Source: Scyliorhinus canicula (Eukaryota). Taken from it: 64,000 bases of DNA. Below the pieces are notes generated by a model. It made no database searches, was not told the origin of the DNA, and was given only the letters and a program-made list of their open reading frames with translations. The DNA lies in assembly GCF_902713615.1 (NCBI RefSeq), contig NC_052160.1:137930737-137994736 (forward strand), in the 5' to 3' direction. Within the stretch, counting starts at the first letter, position 1. Each line of letters starts with the position of its first letter. A program made the position numbers and the translations under genes. This document shows, one piece after another, positions 1-11,310 of this stretch.

Positions 1-92
1 AGAACAACAGTATGTACAAACCAGTGAGTTAATCAAACAGGGCAAAGAAACAATCAGTTCATGAGTTCAGAGAGTCCATGAATTCAGGCAGT

Positions 93-1244
93 TCATAAAT
101 TTAGTCTCTGAGGTGGGCGACGAATTCTGGTTGACCGCCTCAAGGGTGGGTCAGGGGCCGCCTGTTCTGGAATGGGTTGGACTGTAGCAGACTCAGAAGG
201 TGGCAGAGCGAAAGAGAGATCTGCAAAGTCCGTAACGGGTTTGTCGTGATGGCGAGGCAGTACATGATGATCTGGTGGCGAGTGAGGAAGGAGTCGTAGT
301 GCCCGCCTATTTCGGCGCAGAAGAGAGCTGTCTGGTAGACGAACCAAAAATGACCTGGGGGCCACTTGTCTGAGCACCACAGCAGTGGCGGACCAGCCAC
401 CATCTGGAAGTTGGACACAGACGTCATCATCAGGAGCCAGAGCAGGGAGATCCGTGACACGGGTGTCGTAGGCTGATTTCTGTTGGGCCAGAGACAGCTG
501 CATTCGGCGAAGGACTGGAACGTTGTCCAAGTCCGGGTCATGAATGGCCAGCGCCATTGCCCGCAGCGTGCGATTCATCAATAATTGAGCCGGTGACAGG
601 CCGGTGGACAATGGAGCGGATCTGTAAGCAAGCAGGGCGAGGTAAAAATCAGATCCTGCATCAGCCGCCTTGCACAGGAGTTGTTTTACGATGTGCACCC
701 CCTTTTCAGCTTTGCCTTTGGACTGGTGGTAATGGGGACTGGACGTGACATGTGTGCAGTTGTATCGTTTGGCAAAGTTGGACCACTCCTGACTGGCAAA
801 ACATGGGCCATTGTCGGACATGACCGTGAGCGGGATGCCATGGCGAGCGAAGGTTTCCTTGCACGCACGGGTAACCGCTGTCGACGTGAGGTCGTGTAGC
901 CTAACTACCTCCGGGTAGTTCGAGAAATAGTCCACTATGAGGACGTAGTCCCGGCCAAGCGGATGGAACAGGTCGATGCCCACTTTGGTCCAGAGGGACG
1001 TGACAAACTAATGGGGTTGCAAGGTCTCCCTTGGCTGAGCAGGCTGGAATCGCTGGCATGTTGGGCAGTTGAGAATGGCGTTGGCTATGTCCTCGTTGAT
1101 TCCAGGCCAGTACACTGCTTCACGGGCCCGTCGGCGGCATTTCTCCACTCCCAGGTGGCCCTCATGGAGCTGCTCAAGGACGAGGTTGCGCATGCTGTGC
1201 GGTATGACGATCCTGTCCAATTTGAGTAGAATTCCATCTACCAC
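93..1244 (-). pseudogene. Gypsy integrase (Zn-binding plus rve core), split by a stop
   Basis: LEQLHEGHLGVEKCRRRAREAVYWPG..CPTCQ, then GIDLF..VDYFSNYPEV..MSDNGPCF..SSPHYHQSKGKAEKGV. Confidence 0.9.
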
Positions 1245-2474
1245 CGCCAGGTCCTCTTTAACGTTATAGAATTGAGGGCATTGGCCCTTGAGCTAACCGT
1301 CTGTCAGGTGGCGCATGACACGTTGGAGCAGGGGATCGTCGGCCATCTCACGACAATTCTGGATGAGTTGTTCATCCGTGGCGGGCAGATTGGATGCGGC
1401 GAATGCCACATGAGCATCAATCTGGCACACGAAGCCCGCTGGGTCGCAGGATGTGGTGACAGATCGGGAGAGTGCATCGGCAACGGTGAGCCCCTTACCC
1501 GGGGTGTAGACGAGCTCGAAGTCGTACCGCCTGAGTTTAAGGAGAATGTGCTGCAGGCGCGGCGTCGTGTCGTTAAAGTCTTCTTGAATGATATTGACCA
1601 GTGGCCTGTGGTCTGTCTCGACTGTGAACTTTGGAAGTCCATTGACATAGTCATGGAATTTGACGACTCCGGCAAGAAGGCCCAGGCACTCTTTTTCAAT
1701 TTGCGCATAGCACTGTTCGGTGGGCGTCATTGGATTGGATTGGATTGGATTGGATTTGTTTATTGTCACGTGTACCGAGGTACAGTGAAAAGTATTTTTA
1801 TGCAAGCAGCTCAACAGATCATTCAGTACATGGAAGAAAAGGGAATTAAACAAAATTCAAGAAAAGACAAGAAAATACATAATAGGGCAACACAAGATAT
1901 ACAATGTAACTACATAAGCATTGGCATCGGATGAAGCATACAGGGTGTAGTGTTAATGAGGTCAGTCAATAAGAGGGTCATTTAGGAGTCTGGTGACAGT
2001 GGGGAAGAAGCTGTTTTTGAGTCTGTTCGTGCGTGTTCTCAGACTCCTGTATCTCCTGCCCGATGGAAGAAGTTGGAAGAGTGAGTAAGCCGGGTGGGAG
2101 GGATCCTTGATTATGCTGCCCGCTTTCCCCCGGCAGCGGGAGGTGTAGATGGAGTCAATGGGTGGGAGGCAGGTTCGTGTGATGGACTGGGCGGTATTCA
2201 CGACTCTCTGAAATTCCTTGCGGTCCTGGGCCGAGCAGTTGCCATACCAGGCTGTGATGCAGCCCGATAGGATGCTTTCTATAGTGCATCTGTAAAAGTT
2301 GGTAAGGATTAATGTGGACATGCCAAATTTCCTTAGTTTCCTGAGGAAGTATAGGCGCTGTTGTGCTTTCTTGGTGATAGCGTCGACGTGGGCGGACCAG
2401 GACAGATTTTTGGTGATGTGCACCCCTAGGAATTTGAAACTGCTAACCATCTCCACCTCGGCCCCGTTGATGCT

Positions 2475-5400
2475 TGGGGTGAATGTGATTCACACTATAT
2501 ATAGTTGCCAATATCACTCCATGTATATATGTTCATTATCTACCCGTTGTAAGAGCAATGCTGTATATAGTTGCCAAAATAACTCCGTGTATATATGTTC
2601 ACTATCCACCATTGTAAGTGCATTTGCACTATCCGACCGTCAGGGGGAGTCGCTCTGGGAGTACGCGAGAGTTTGTACTGGGCTCCTCCCTTGGCTCCGC
2701 CCAGGACTCCTCCCCCTGGGGCCGACGTATAAAGGCAAGTGCCTTAGAGCCAGCCTGCCAGTTCATCTGAAGTTCAGCGACGAATAGGCTGGCTCTGTTG
2801 TAAATGTATTAAAGCCTCTGTTCAGATCCAACTACACATGTTCGCTGAATTGATGGTTCCATCAATTTAAGAAACGCTGCGGCCTATGCTCAGGCTCCGC
2901 CCCCTCCCACCACGTGTGATCCATGGGGGCCGCCATCTTGGCAAACCTCCACCATGCGGCCGGCCATGTGCGATTCATGGGGGCCACCATCTTGGACGCC
3001 ATCTTCATCACCACTCTCCACGTGCGATCCACGGGCCCTAGCTGCATCCCCAGACTCAAACAGCTCATCAGAGGAGTACGACCTCCCCGAGCAGTCACCA
3101 CATGGCCCGCAACTCAGCGCAGTGTTCCTGCATCAAGCTCGCCAGAACGCAGCGGCATCTACTCGACAGGACACCCGATCGGAAGAATTCGACTCCCCCT
3201 GGCACCCAACACGCGGCCCGCAACTCAACGCGGTCACCCTCGACCAATCTCGCCCCTAGCATCTGAGAAATTCGATGACGGAGGCCCAGATCAACGGGTA
3301 CAACACATCGTGCCTCTTCGACTCCGGGAGCACAGAGAGCTTCATACACCCAGAGCTGGTAAGACGCTGTTCACTCCCTATTTATCCCGTCAACCAAACT
3401 ATCGCCCTCGCTTCGGGCTCCCATTCCATCCAAATCCAAGGCCGCACTACAGCAACGCTAACGATTCGAGGCGCTAGCTATTCTAAATTTAAACTGTATG
3501 TCTTGCCCGACCTCTGCGCGCCACTCCTCTTAGGCTTGGATTTCCCATGTAATCTCAAGAGTCTCACCCTCAGCTTCGGCGGGCCCCTGCCCCCACTCAC
3601 TATCTGCAGCCTCGCCACGCTGCGCATCGCCCCCCCTCCTCTCTTCGCCAACCTCACCCTGGATTGCAAACCGGTAGCCACCCACAGCAGCCGGTACATC
3701 CTGCAGGATAGGGTATTTATCAGAACGGAGGTCCGAAGGCTGCTCAGTGAGGGGATCATAGAGGCCAGAAACAGTCCCTGTAGTGGTGGTCGTCAAGACC
3801 GGGGAAAAATTCCGCATGGTCGTCGACTATAGCCAGGCCATCAATCGCTTTACGCTCCTAGATGCGTATCCCCTCCCCAGAATTGCAGACATGGTTAATC
3901 AGATCGCCCAATATCGGGTATTTTCCACGGTGGATCTGAAGTCTGCATACCACCAGCTCCCAATCCGCCCGGAGGACCGCCACTACACGGCGTTCGAGGC
4001 CGTTGGCCGCCTCTTCCATTTCCTCCGGGTTCCCTTTGGCGTCACTATCGGGGTTTCGGGGTTTCGGTGTTCCAACGAGCAATGGACCGAATGGTAGACC
4101 AGTACGGGCTGCGGGCCACATTTCCGTATCTGGATAATGTTACCATCTGCGGCCATGACCAGCAGGACCACGACGCCAACCTCCATTGTTTTCTCCAGAC
4201 GGCCCAAAAAGTAAACCTTGCATATAACAAGGAGAAATGCGTGTTCTGCACAAACAGACTAGCCACCCTCGGCTACGTCGTGGAGAACGGAGTCCTGGGT
4301 CCAGACCCGGACCGAATACCCCTCCCCCATGACCCCAAGGCCCTCAAACGGTGCTTGGGGCTCTTTTCGTACTACACCCAGTGGGTCCCCCAATATGCGG
4401 ACAAAGCCCACCCATTCTTCAAGGCCACACTATTTCCCCTGTCTGCTGAGGCGCGCCAGGCCTTCAGCTGCATCAGGGACGACACCGCCAAAGCAGCCAT
4501 GCGGGCGGTGGATGAATCCACTCCCTTTCAGGTTGTGAGTGACGCCTCAGAGATAGCGCCAGCAGCCACTTTAAACCAAGCAGGGCGGCCCGTTGCATTT
4601 TTCTCCCATACCCTATCCGCTTCAGAACTCCGACACTCCTCAGTCGAGAAGGAAGCACAAGCCATCGTGGAGGCTATCCGACACTGGGGGCACTACATCG
4701 CAGGGAGGAGGTTCACCCTCATTACCGACCAACGGTCGGTCGCCTTCATGTTCGACAACTCGCAAAGGGGCAAAATTAAAAATGACAAAATTCTTCGGTG
4801 GAGGATTGAACTCTCCACCTACAATTACGATATCAAATATCGACCGGGGAAGCTCAATGAGCCCTCGGATGCCCTATCCCGCGGGACATGCGCCAGCGCG
4901 CAAATCAGCCACCTAAAAGCCATCCACAATGACCTCTGCCACCCAGGGGTCACCCGGCTCGCCCACTACATCAGAGCCCGAAACCTGCCTTTCTCCAACG
5001 AGGAGGTAAAAGCGGTCACCAGGGACTGCCCGATCTGTGCGGAGTGCAAACTGCACTTCTATAGACCAGACAGGGCCCACCTGGTCAATGCTTCTAGGCC
5101 CTTTGAACGCCTTGCGATCGATTTCAAAGGGCCACTCCCCTCCACTAACAAAACATTTACTTCCTCAACATTATTGACGAGTTCTCCCGATTCCCCTTCA
5201 CCATCCCATGCCCCGACATGACCTCCCACACAGTCATTAGGGCCCTGCATAGCGTCTTCACCCTGTTCGGTTTCCCCAGCTACGTGCACAGCGACCGGGG
5301 TTCGTCCTTTATGAGTGACGAGCTGCGTCAGTACCTGCTCGACAAGGGCATCGCCTCGAGCAGGACTACCAGCTACAACCCCAGGGGGAACGGACAGGTG

Positions 5401-6482
5401 GAGAGGGAGAACGCGACGCTCTGGAAGACCGTCCTACTGACCCTCAGGTCCAGGAAACTCCAAGTTTCCCAATGGCAGGAAGTCCTTCCTGACGCGCTCC
5501 ACGCAATTAGATCCCTCCTGTGTACAGCTATCAACCAAACCCCCCACTAGCGGCTCTTCATTTTTTCCAGGGGCACTACCACAGAGGTCTCACTTCCGGC
5601 ATGGCTGTGGACGCCAGGCCCGGTTCTCCTAAGGAAGCACGTCAGGGCGCACAAGACCGACCTCATTGTTGAAAAGGTGCGCCTGCTTCATTCCAACCCA
5701 CAGTACGCATTTGTTGAGTTCCCGGACGGTCGCCAGGACACAGTATCCCTCTGGGACCTGGCACCCGCTGGATCTAGCCCCCCATCTACCCCCACCGAGG
5801 AACTCCTTTCCCCGTTCCCTATGCGTCCGCCCTCTTGCGCCCCCGAATCTGCGAGCTCACCCCACCAGTCCCGAGCGCCAGCACCAGCCCGCCCCCCGCG
5901 CTCCCACCTCCATTCGACCAGGAGGTGTATGAGGCTCGGACAAGACTCGCACCGGAGCCAGCAACCGTACCCCAGACCTCGACGCCCGCCCAGCCACCGC
6001 AAGAGGCTGCAACCCCGGTGCTCCGCAGATCAAAACGGACAATTTTTCCACCGGACAGACTGACTCTTTGAGCCATCACCCCCGCCGGACTTGATTTTTT
6101 TTAACAGGGGGTGAATGTGGTGAATGTGATTCACACTATATATAGTTGCCAATATCACTCCATGTATATATGTTCGTTATCTACCCGTTGTAAGATCAAT
6201 GCTGTATATAGTTGCCAATATAACCCCGTGTATATATGTTCACTATCCACCATTGTAAGTGCAGTTGCACTATCCGACCACCAGGGGGAGTCGCTCTGGG
6301 AGTACGCGAGAGTTTGTACTGGGCTTCTCCCTTGGCTCCGCCCAGGATTCCTCCCCCTGGGGCCCATGTATAAAGGTCAGTGCCTTAGAGCCAGCCTGCC
6401 AGTTCATCGGAAGTTCAACGACGAATAGGCTGCCTCTGTTCAGATCCAACTACACATGTTCGCTGAATTGATGGTTCCATCA
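2475..6482 (+). mobile_element. Inner Ty3/Gypsy LTR retrotransposon, gag-deleted, two LTRs, TSD ATGCT
   Basis: LTRs 2475-2864 and 6116-6482 (TG..CA, about 16 substitutions plus one 23-bp indel). ATGCT at 2470-2474 and 6483-6487. PPT AACAGGGGGTGAA at 6103-6115. PR-RT-RH-INT fragments at 3275-5550. Confidence 0.95.
3275..5550 (+). pseudogene. Inner Gypsy pol (PR, RT, RNase H, integrase), frameshifted
   Basis: CLFDSGSTESF; RMVVDYSQAIN..DLKSAYHQ; YLDNVTI; SDASE..EKEAQAI..TDQRS; HNDLCHPG..CPICAEC; HSDRGSSF..GNGQVEREN. Confidence 0.9.
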
Positions 6483-6932
6483 ATGCTGACAGGGGTGTGT
6501 ACAGTACTTTGCTTCCTGAAGTCGATGACCAGCTCTTTAGTTTTGCTGGCATTAAGGGAGAGATTGTTGTCATTACACCACTCCACTAGGTTCTCTATCT
6601 CCCTCCTGTATTCGGACTCGTCGTTATTCGAGATCCGGCCCACTATGGTCGTATCGTTAGCAAACTTGTAGATGGAGTTGGAACCAAGTTTTGCCATGCA
6701 GTCGTGTGTGTACAGGGAGTAGAGTAGGGGGCTAAGTACGCAGCCTTGCGGGGCACCGGTATTGAGGACTATTGTGGAGGAGGTGTTGTTGCTCATTCTT
6801 ACTGACTGTGGTCTGTTGGTCAGAAAGTCAAGGATCCAGTTGCAGAGTGGAGAGCCAAGTCCTAGGTTTTGGAGCTTTGATATGAGCTTGGCTGGGATTA
6901 TAGTGTTGAAGGCGGAGCTGTAGTCAATATCG

Positions 6933-7166
6933 GGGCAGCAGGGTAGCATGGTGGTTAGCATCAATGCTTCACAGCTCCAGGGTCCCAGGTTCGATTCCCG
7001 GCTGGGTCACTGTCTGTGTGGAGTCTGCACGTCCTCCCCCTGTGTGCGTGGGTTTCCTCCGGGTGCTCCGGTTTCCTCCCACAGTCCAAAGATGTGCGGG
7101 TTAGGTGGATTGGCCATGCTAAAATTGCCCGTAGTGTCCTAAAAAGTGCTGTACTGTTCTATGTTC
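6933..7166 (+). mobile_element. HE1/V-SINE-like tRNA-derived SINE, internally deleted, inserted in the Rex1 RT
   Basis: A/B-box head (GGTGGTTAGC..GGTTCGATTCCC) and tail TGTACTGTTCTATGTTCTA. The LINE reads through as GTAGTCAATA|AATAGGAGC. Confidence 0.85.
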
Positions 7167-7891
7167 TAAATAGGAGCTTGATGTAGGAGTCCTTGTTTTT
7201 GAGATGCTCTAGGGATGAGTGTAGGGCCAGGGAAATGGTGACTGATGTGGACCGGTTGCGACGGTATGCGAATTGAAGTGGGTCAAGACGTTCCGGGAGT
7301 ATGGAGGTGATGCGCTTCATGATCAGCCTCTCAAAGCACTTCATTACAACTGACGTCAGGGCCACCGGGCGGTAATCATTGAGGAACGTTGCCTGGTTCT
7401 TCTTTGGTACCGGTATGATGGTGGTCTTCTTGAAGCAGGTGGGAACCTCGGAGTGGAGTAGGGACAGGTTAAAGATGTCTGTGAATACCTCTGCCAGCTG
7501 GTATGCGCAGGCTCTGAGTGCACGACCAGGGATCCCGTCCGGGCCCATCGCCTTCCGTGGGTTCACTTTCAGGAAGGCCGATCTGACTTTGGAAACTGTG
7601 ATGTTGGGTATGGGTGAATTATGGGCTGCTGGGGCACTCGACAGCGGATTGTTGGTTACCTGCTCAAACCGAGCATAGAATGCATTAAGTTCATCGTGGA
7701 GGGGTGCGCTGCTGCCTGAGATACTGCTCGGCTTCGCTTTGTAGCCCGTTATGTTGTTTAGTCCTTGCCACAACCGCCGAGAGTCTGTCTGTGACTCTAG
7801 CTTAGTTTGATATTCTCTCTTGGCATCTCGGATGGCTTTGCGGAGGTCGTACCTGGATTTCTTGTATAGGACAGGGTCGCCTGCCTTGAAC

Positions 7892-8093
7892 GGGGGTCTG
7901 ACCTCTCCCCCCGCCCCCAGTAGACTCTCAATGGGAAGCGCTAGCATAGATTTTTAAATAAATTTCCGTCCCTCCGCCGAAAAACTCCTCCGCCGAATCG
8001 GCCACGCCGAAACGTCCCATTCCAATCGGCTACGCCGAACTGGCCCCGCCGAATCGGCCACGCCGAACTGGCCACGCCGAAACGTCCCATCCC
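7892..8093. repeat. Foreign cassette with 14-bp-periodic CGCCGAA repeats, possibly a DNA-transposon end
   Basis: CGCCGAA at 7975, 7991, 8005, 8033, 8047, 8061 and 8075. It sits between LINE ..CAIQP and FKAGDP.. residues. Confidence 0.55.
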
Positions 8094-8732
8094 CCAGGTT
8101 GTATGGCACAGTCCGGTGAGGCGGGGGTGAGCCATGTCTCTGTGAAACAGAGCACACAGCAGTCTCTTACTTCCCTCTGAGAGGTAAGTCTGGAGTTAAG
8201 TTCATCCAGCTTGTTTTCGATCGCTTGGACGTTTGAAGGAGTATGCTGGGGAGAGGGGTCTTGAAACCGCGTTGCTTCAGTTTCACCTGCAGTCCGCTGC
8301 GTTTCCCTCGCTTCCTCGGTCGGCGGCTGCTGCTGGATGATCCTGGGATCCAATGGGAGACGTCTGCCCTTGTGGAAGGTAGGTGGTTGCGTCTGGTGGT
8401 GTCCAGGGCGCTAGAGACGTCCAGGGCGCTGTTTACATTTCCGGGGTCGCGTCTGGCAGGGCCCCGGGCGCTGGTTGAGGTAGAGGGGTTGCTGGGGGGG
8501 TGAGTTTGCGATCCGGATGGGTCCCGGCGTTCTGCGGGCGCGGGAATACCTTCCAGCGCGTTCGGGTCCTTGCGCGCGGTCTCCGTTGTTTTTGGAGTCG
8601 TGGGCAGGGGCTTCCTGGGGCAGATTGGGCTAGGTCCCATGGTCTGTTCCCTCCCTGGGTGCTCCCGGGGTCGGATCTTGAAGTCGGCACGGTGGGGCCT
8701 CCATGTGGATTTTTCTTTCTTCCATCACCAGG

Positions 8733-9262
8733 TAGGTCGGGTTCCTGGGCGGGGCCTCTCCGGGTCGGGTCGCTGGGCGGGGTCTCTCCGGGTCGGGTTG
8801 CTGGGCGGGGCCTCTCCGGGTCGGGTCGCTGGGCGGGGTCTCTCCGGGTCGGGTTGCTGGGCGGGGTCTCTCCGGGTCGGGTTGCTGGGCGGGGCCTCTC
8901 CGGGTCGGGTCGCTGGGCGGGGCCTCTCCGGGTCGGGTCGCTGGGCGGGGCCTCTCCGGGTCGGGTCGCTGGGCGGGGTCTCTCCGGGTCGGGTCGCTGG
9001 GCGGGGTCTCTCCGGGTCGGGTTGCTGGGCGGGGCCTCTCCGGGTCGGGTCGCTGGGCGGGGTCTCTCCGGGTCGGGTCGCTGGGCGGGGTCTCTCCGGG
9101 TCGGGTTACTGGCGGGGCCTCTCTGGGTCGGGTCGCTGGGCGGGTCTCTCCGGGTCGGGTTGCTGGGCGGGGCCTCTCCGGGTCGGGTCGCTGGGCGGGG
9201 TCTCTCCGGGTCGGGTCGCTGGGCGGGGCCTCTCCGGGTCGGGTCGCTGGGCGGGGCCTCTC
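8733..9262. repeat. 28-bp tandem minisatellite (18 full units plus 1 degenerate) in the LINE 5' UTR
   Basis: Unit CGGGTCGGGTYGCTGGGCGGGGYCTCTC starting at 8761, 8789, 8817 ... 9235; two units are 27 bp. Confidence 0.97.
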
Positions 9263-9642
9263 GGGGTCGCGTTGGGCCGGGTCTTGCCGTCGGCGGTCGG
9301 GTCGGGAGCTCCGGGGACTAGACCGGGCGATCCGGGGGCTGGCGTCGGTAGTTAGGCCGGGTTTGGAGCTCCGAGGCCTGGGTCAGCTCCAAATCGAAGT
9401 CTTTACTTGCGGTTTGGGCCCGATCTTCTTTCAGGTCACGGAGGTCAGGTCGGGTCGGGTCAAAAGGTCTCCAAGGGCCTCGGAGGATCTTCAAGACTGC
9501 AAGAGAAGATAAAAGAGAGAGGTTAGTAATAATATTAGCTTTAGAATTAATTTTTAAAAGGTTAGAACAAGTATAAGTTAAGTTAAAAGTGGATCTGTTG
9601 GGGAGAGCTGGCAGAGAGTCACCTCGCTCCGGCGCCATCTTG

Positions 9643-11142
9643 CACGTGACGCGTATGCGACAGGAGCCCATGAGGAGACGTCATCACGTTGAAGGAGCAC
9701 TGCTCCAAAGCCGGACTGACTGGCATCCGTGGAAATCTTTGTTTCCTTGGCCGGATTGAAAAATGCCAACACCGGGGCCTTGGTCAGCTTCGCCCTGAGT
9801 TCTCGCCATTCTTGTTCGTGGGCGGGGAGCCATTGGAACTCTGTCGTCTTCTTGACCAGGTTCCTGAGAGCCGTGGTGTGGGAAGCGAGGTAGGGATGAA
9901 TTTCCCGAGGAAATTGACCATGCCCAGGAAGCGGAGGACCGCCTTCTTGTCCTCATGGCCTTAATGGCAGATACCTTGTCAGCATCCGGCTGCACGCCAA
10001 ACTGTGAGATGTGGTCTTCGAGGAATTTAATTTCTGTTTGACCAAAGGAGCATTTGGCCCTGTTGAGGTGGAGGCCATGCTTATGGATTCGTCGGAAGAC
10101 GCGTTGGAGGCGATCAATGTGCTCCTGTGGGGTGGTAGACCAGACGATGATGTTGTCCACATACGCGAACCCCTTCAATACCTTCCATCATCTGTTCCAT
10201 AATTCTGTGGAATACTTCCGATGCAGAGATGATGCCAAACGGCAGCCGGTTGTAACAATACCGGCCAAATAGGGTGTTAAAGGTGCAGAGCTTCCGACTG
10301 GATGCGTTGAGTTGGATCTGCCAGAACCCGTTGGATGCATCTGGCTTGGTGAAAGATTTGGCGCGAGCCATCTCACAGGTGAGTTCTTCGCGCTTTGGAA
10401 TGGGATAGTGTTCTCTCATAACATTGCGGTTGAGGTCCTTAGGATCAATACATATACGTAATTCGCCGGATGGTTTTTTCACGCACACCATTGAGCTGAC
10501 CCAGTCAGTCGGTTCCATAACTTTTGAAATTACTCCCTGGTCCTGGAGGTCCTGCAGCTGCTGCTTGAGGTGGTCCTTGAGGGGTGCTAGGACCCTGTGA
10601 GGTGCGTGCACCACAGGCGTGGCATTTGGTTTTAACAAGATTTCATAAGTGTATGGGAGTGTGCCCATGCCCTCGAATACACGGTGGTATTGGTTGATGA
10701 TGGCGTCCAACTGTGTGCGAAAGACACCGTCCTGAGATGCGGAGGCGTCAGCGGGTGACAGGGAGTGAACCCTTTGGACAAGGTTTCGGAGTTTGCATGC
10801 TTGCGCACCAAGTAGGGAGGCTTTAGAGGATCCCACTATTTCGAATGGCAGGTTAGCCTTTAATGACCGGTGCGACATTTCAAGCTGGCAAGAGCCACTG
10901 GCAGCAATGGCATTGCCATTATTGTCCAAAAGCTGGCAGGCGGATGCCAAGATGGTAGGCTTAACATGGAGGCTTTCGAGGTCAATGAGGTTGGCTGAAG
11001 CGCCGGTGTCCAGGCGGAATCGGATGCGAGATCGGTTGACCGTGAGGGTGGCACACCACTCGTCGTCCGGATCAATGCTGAATATTGGGAGAGACTTGGC
11101 TTTTGTCTTCGGGAGCATCTTGTGTTTGGTGATGGTGCCCAC
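9643..11142 (-). pseudogene. Gypsy protease, reverse transcriptase and start of RNase H (frameshifted)
   Basis: FRLDTGASANL; WVSSMVCVKKPSGELRICIDPKDLN; AYVDNII; STDASQSGFGAVLLQ. Confidence 0.9.
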
Positions 11143-11310
11143 TCAAAATGGTGCTTTAGGGTTCTCGGTGTCAAGGTCCGGAATCAAGTCGGAGTCGGAA
11201 TCGGTGACCGGTAGCTGGATGGCTCGGACATCCCTGCGTGGCTGGTTGGAACGACGAGAGGTAGTAGGTTGAGCAGACGTGCATAAGGCAGCATAGTGGC
11301 CAAGCTAGCC

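Larger units (their letters stand above)
1733..9642 (-). mobile_element. Rex1/Babar-clade LINE, near full length, with nested insertions and an internal deletion
   Basis: 5' end CAAGATGGCGCC (9631-9642). EN start [74 protein letters not shown]-terminus FKFLGVHIT..FYRCTIESIL..NSFFP. (CCAAT)5 tail at ~1729-1755. Confidence 0.9.

Noticed and set aside
1272-1934. 220-aa plus-strand ORF spanning the Gypsy/LINE junction
   Set aside because: It is an antisense shadow of Gypsy RNase H plus the LINE 3' UTR.
8733-9262. 28-bp repeats resembling a CRISPR array
   Set aside because: The units abut with no unique spacers, the context is eukaryotic, and there are no cas genes.
8500-9355. Long plus-strand ORFs of 273 and 261 aa
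   Set aside because: They result from a stop-free GC-rich tandem repeat, antisense to the LINE.
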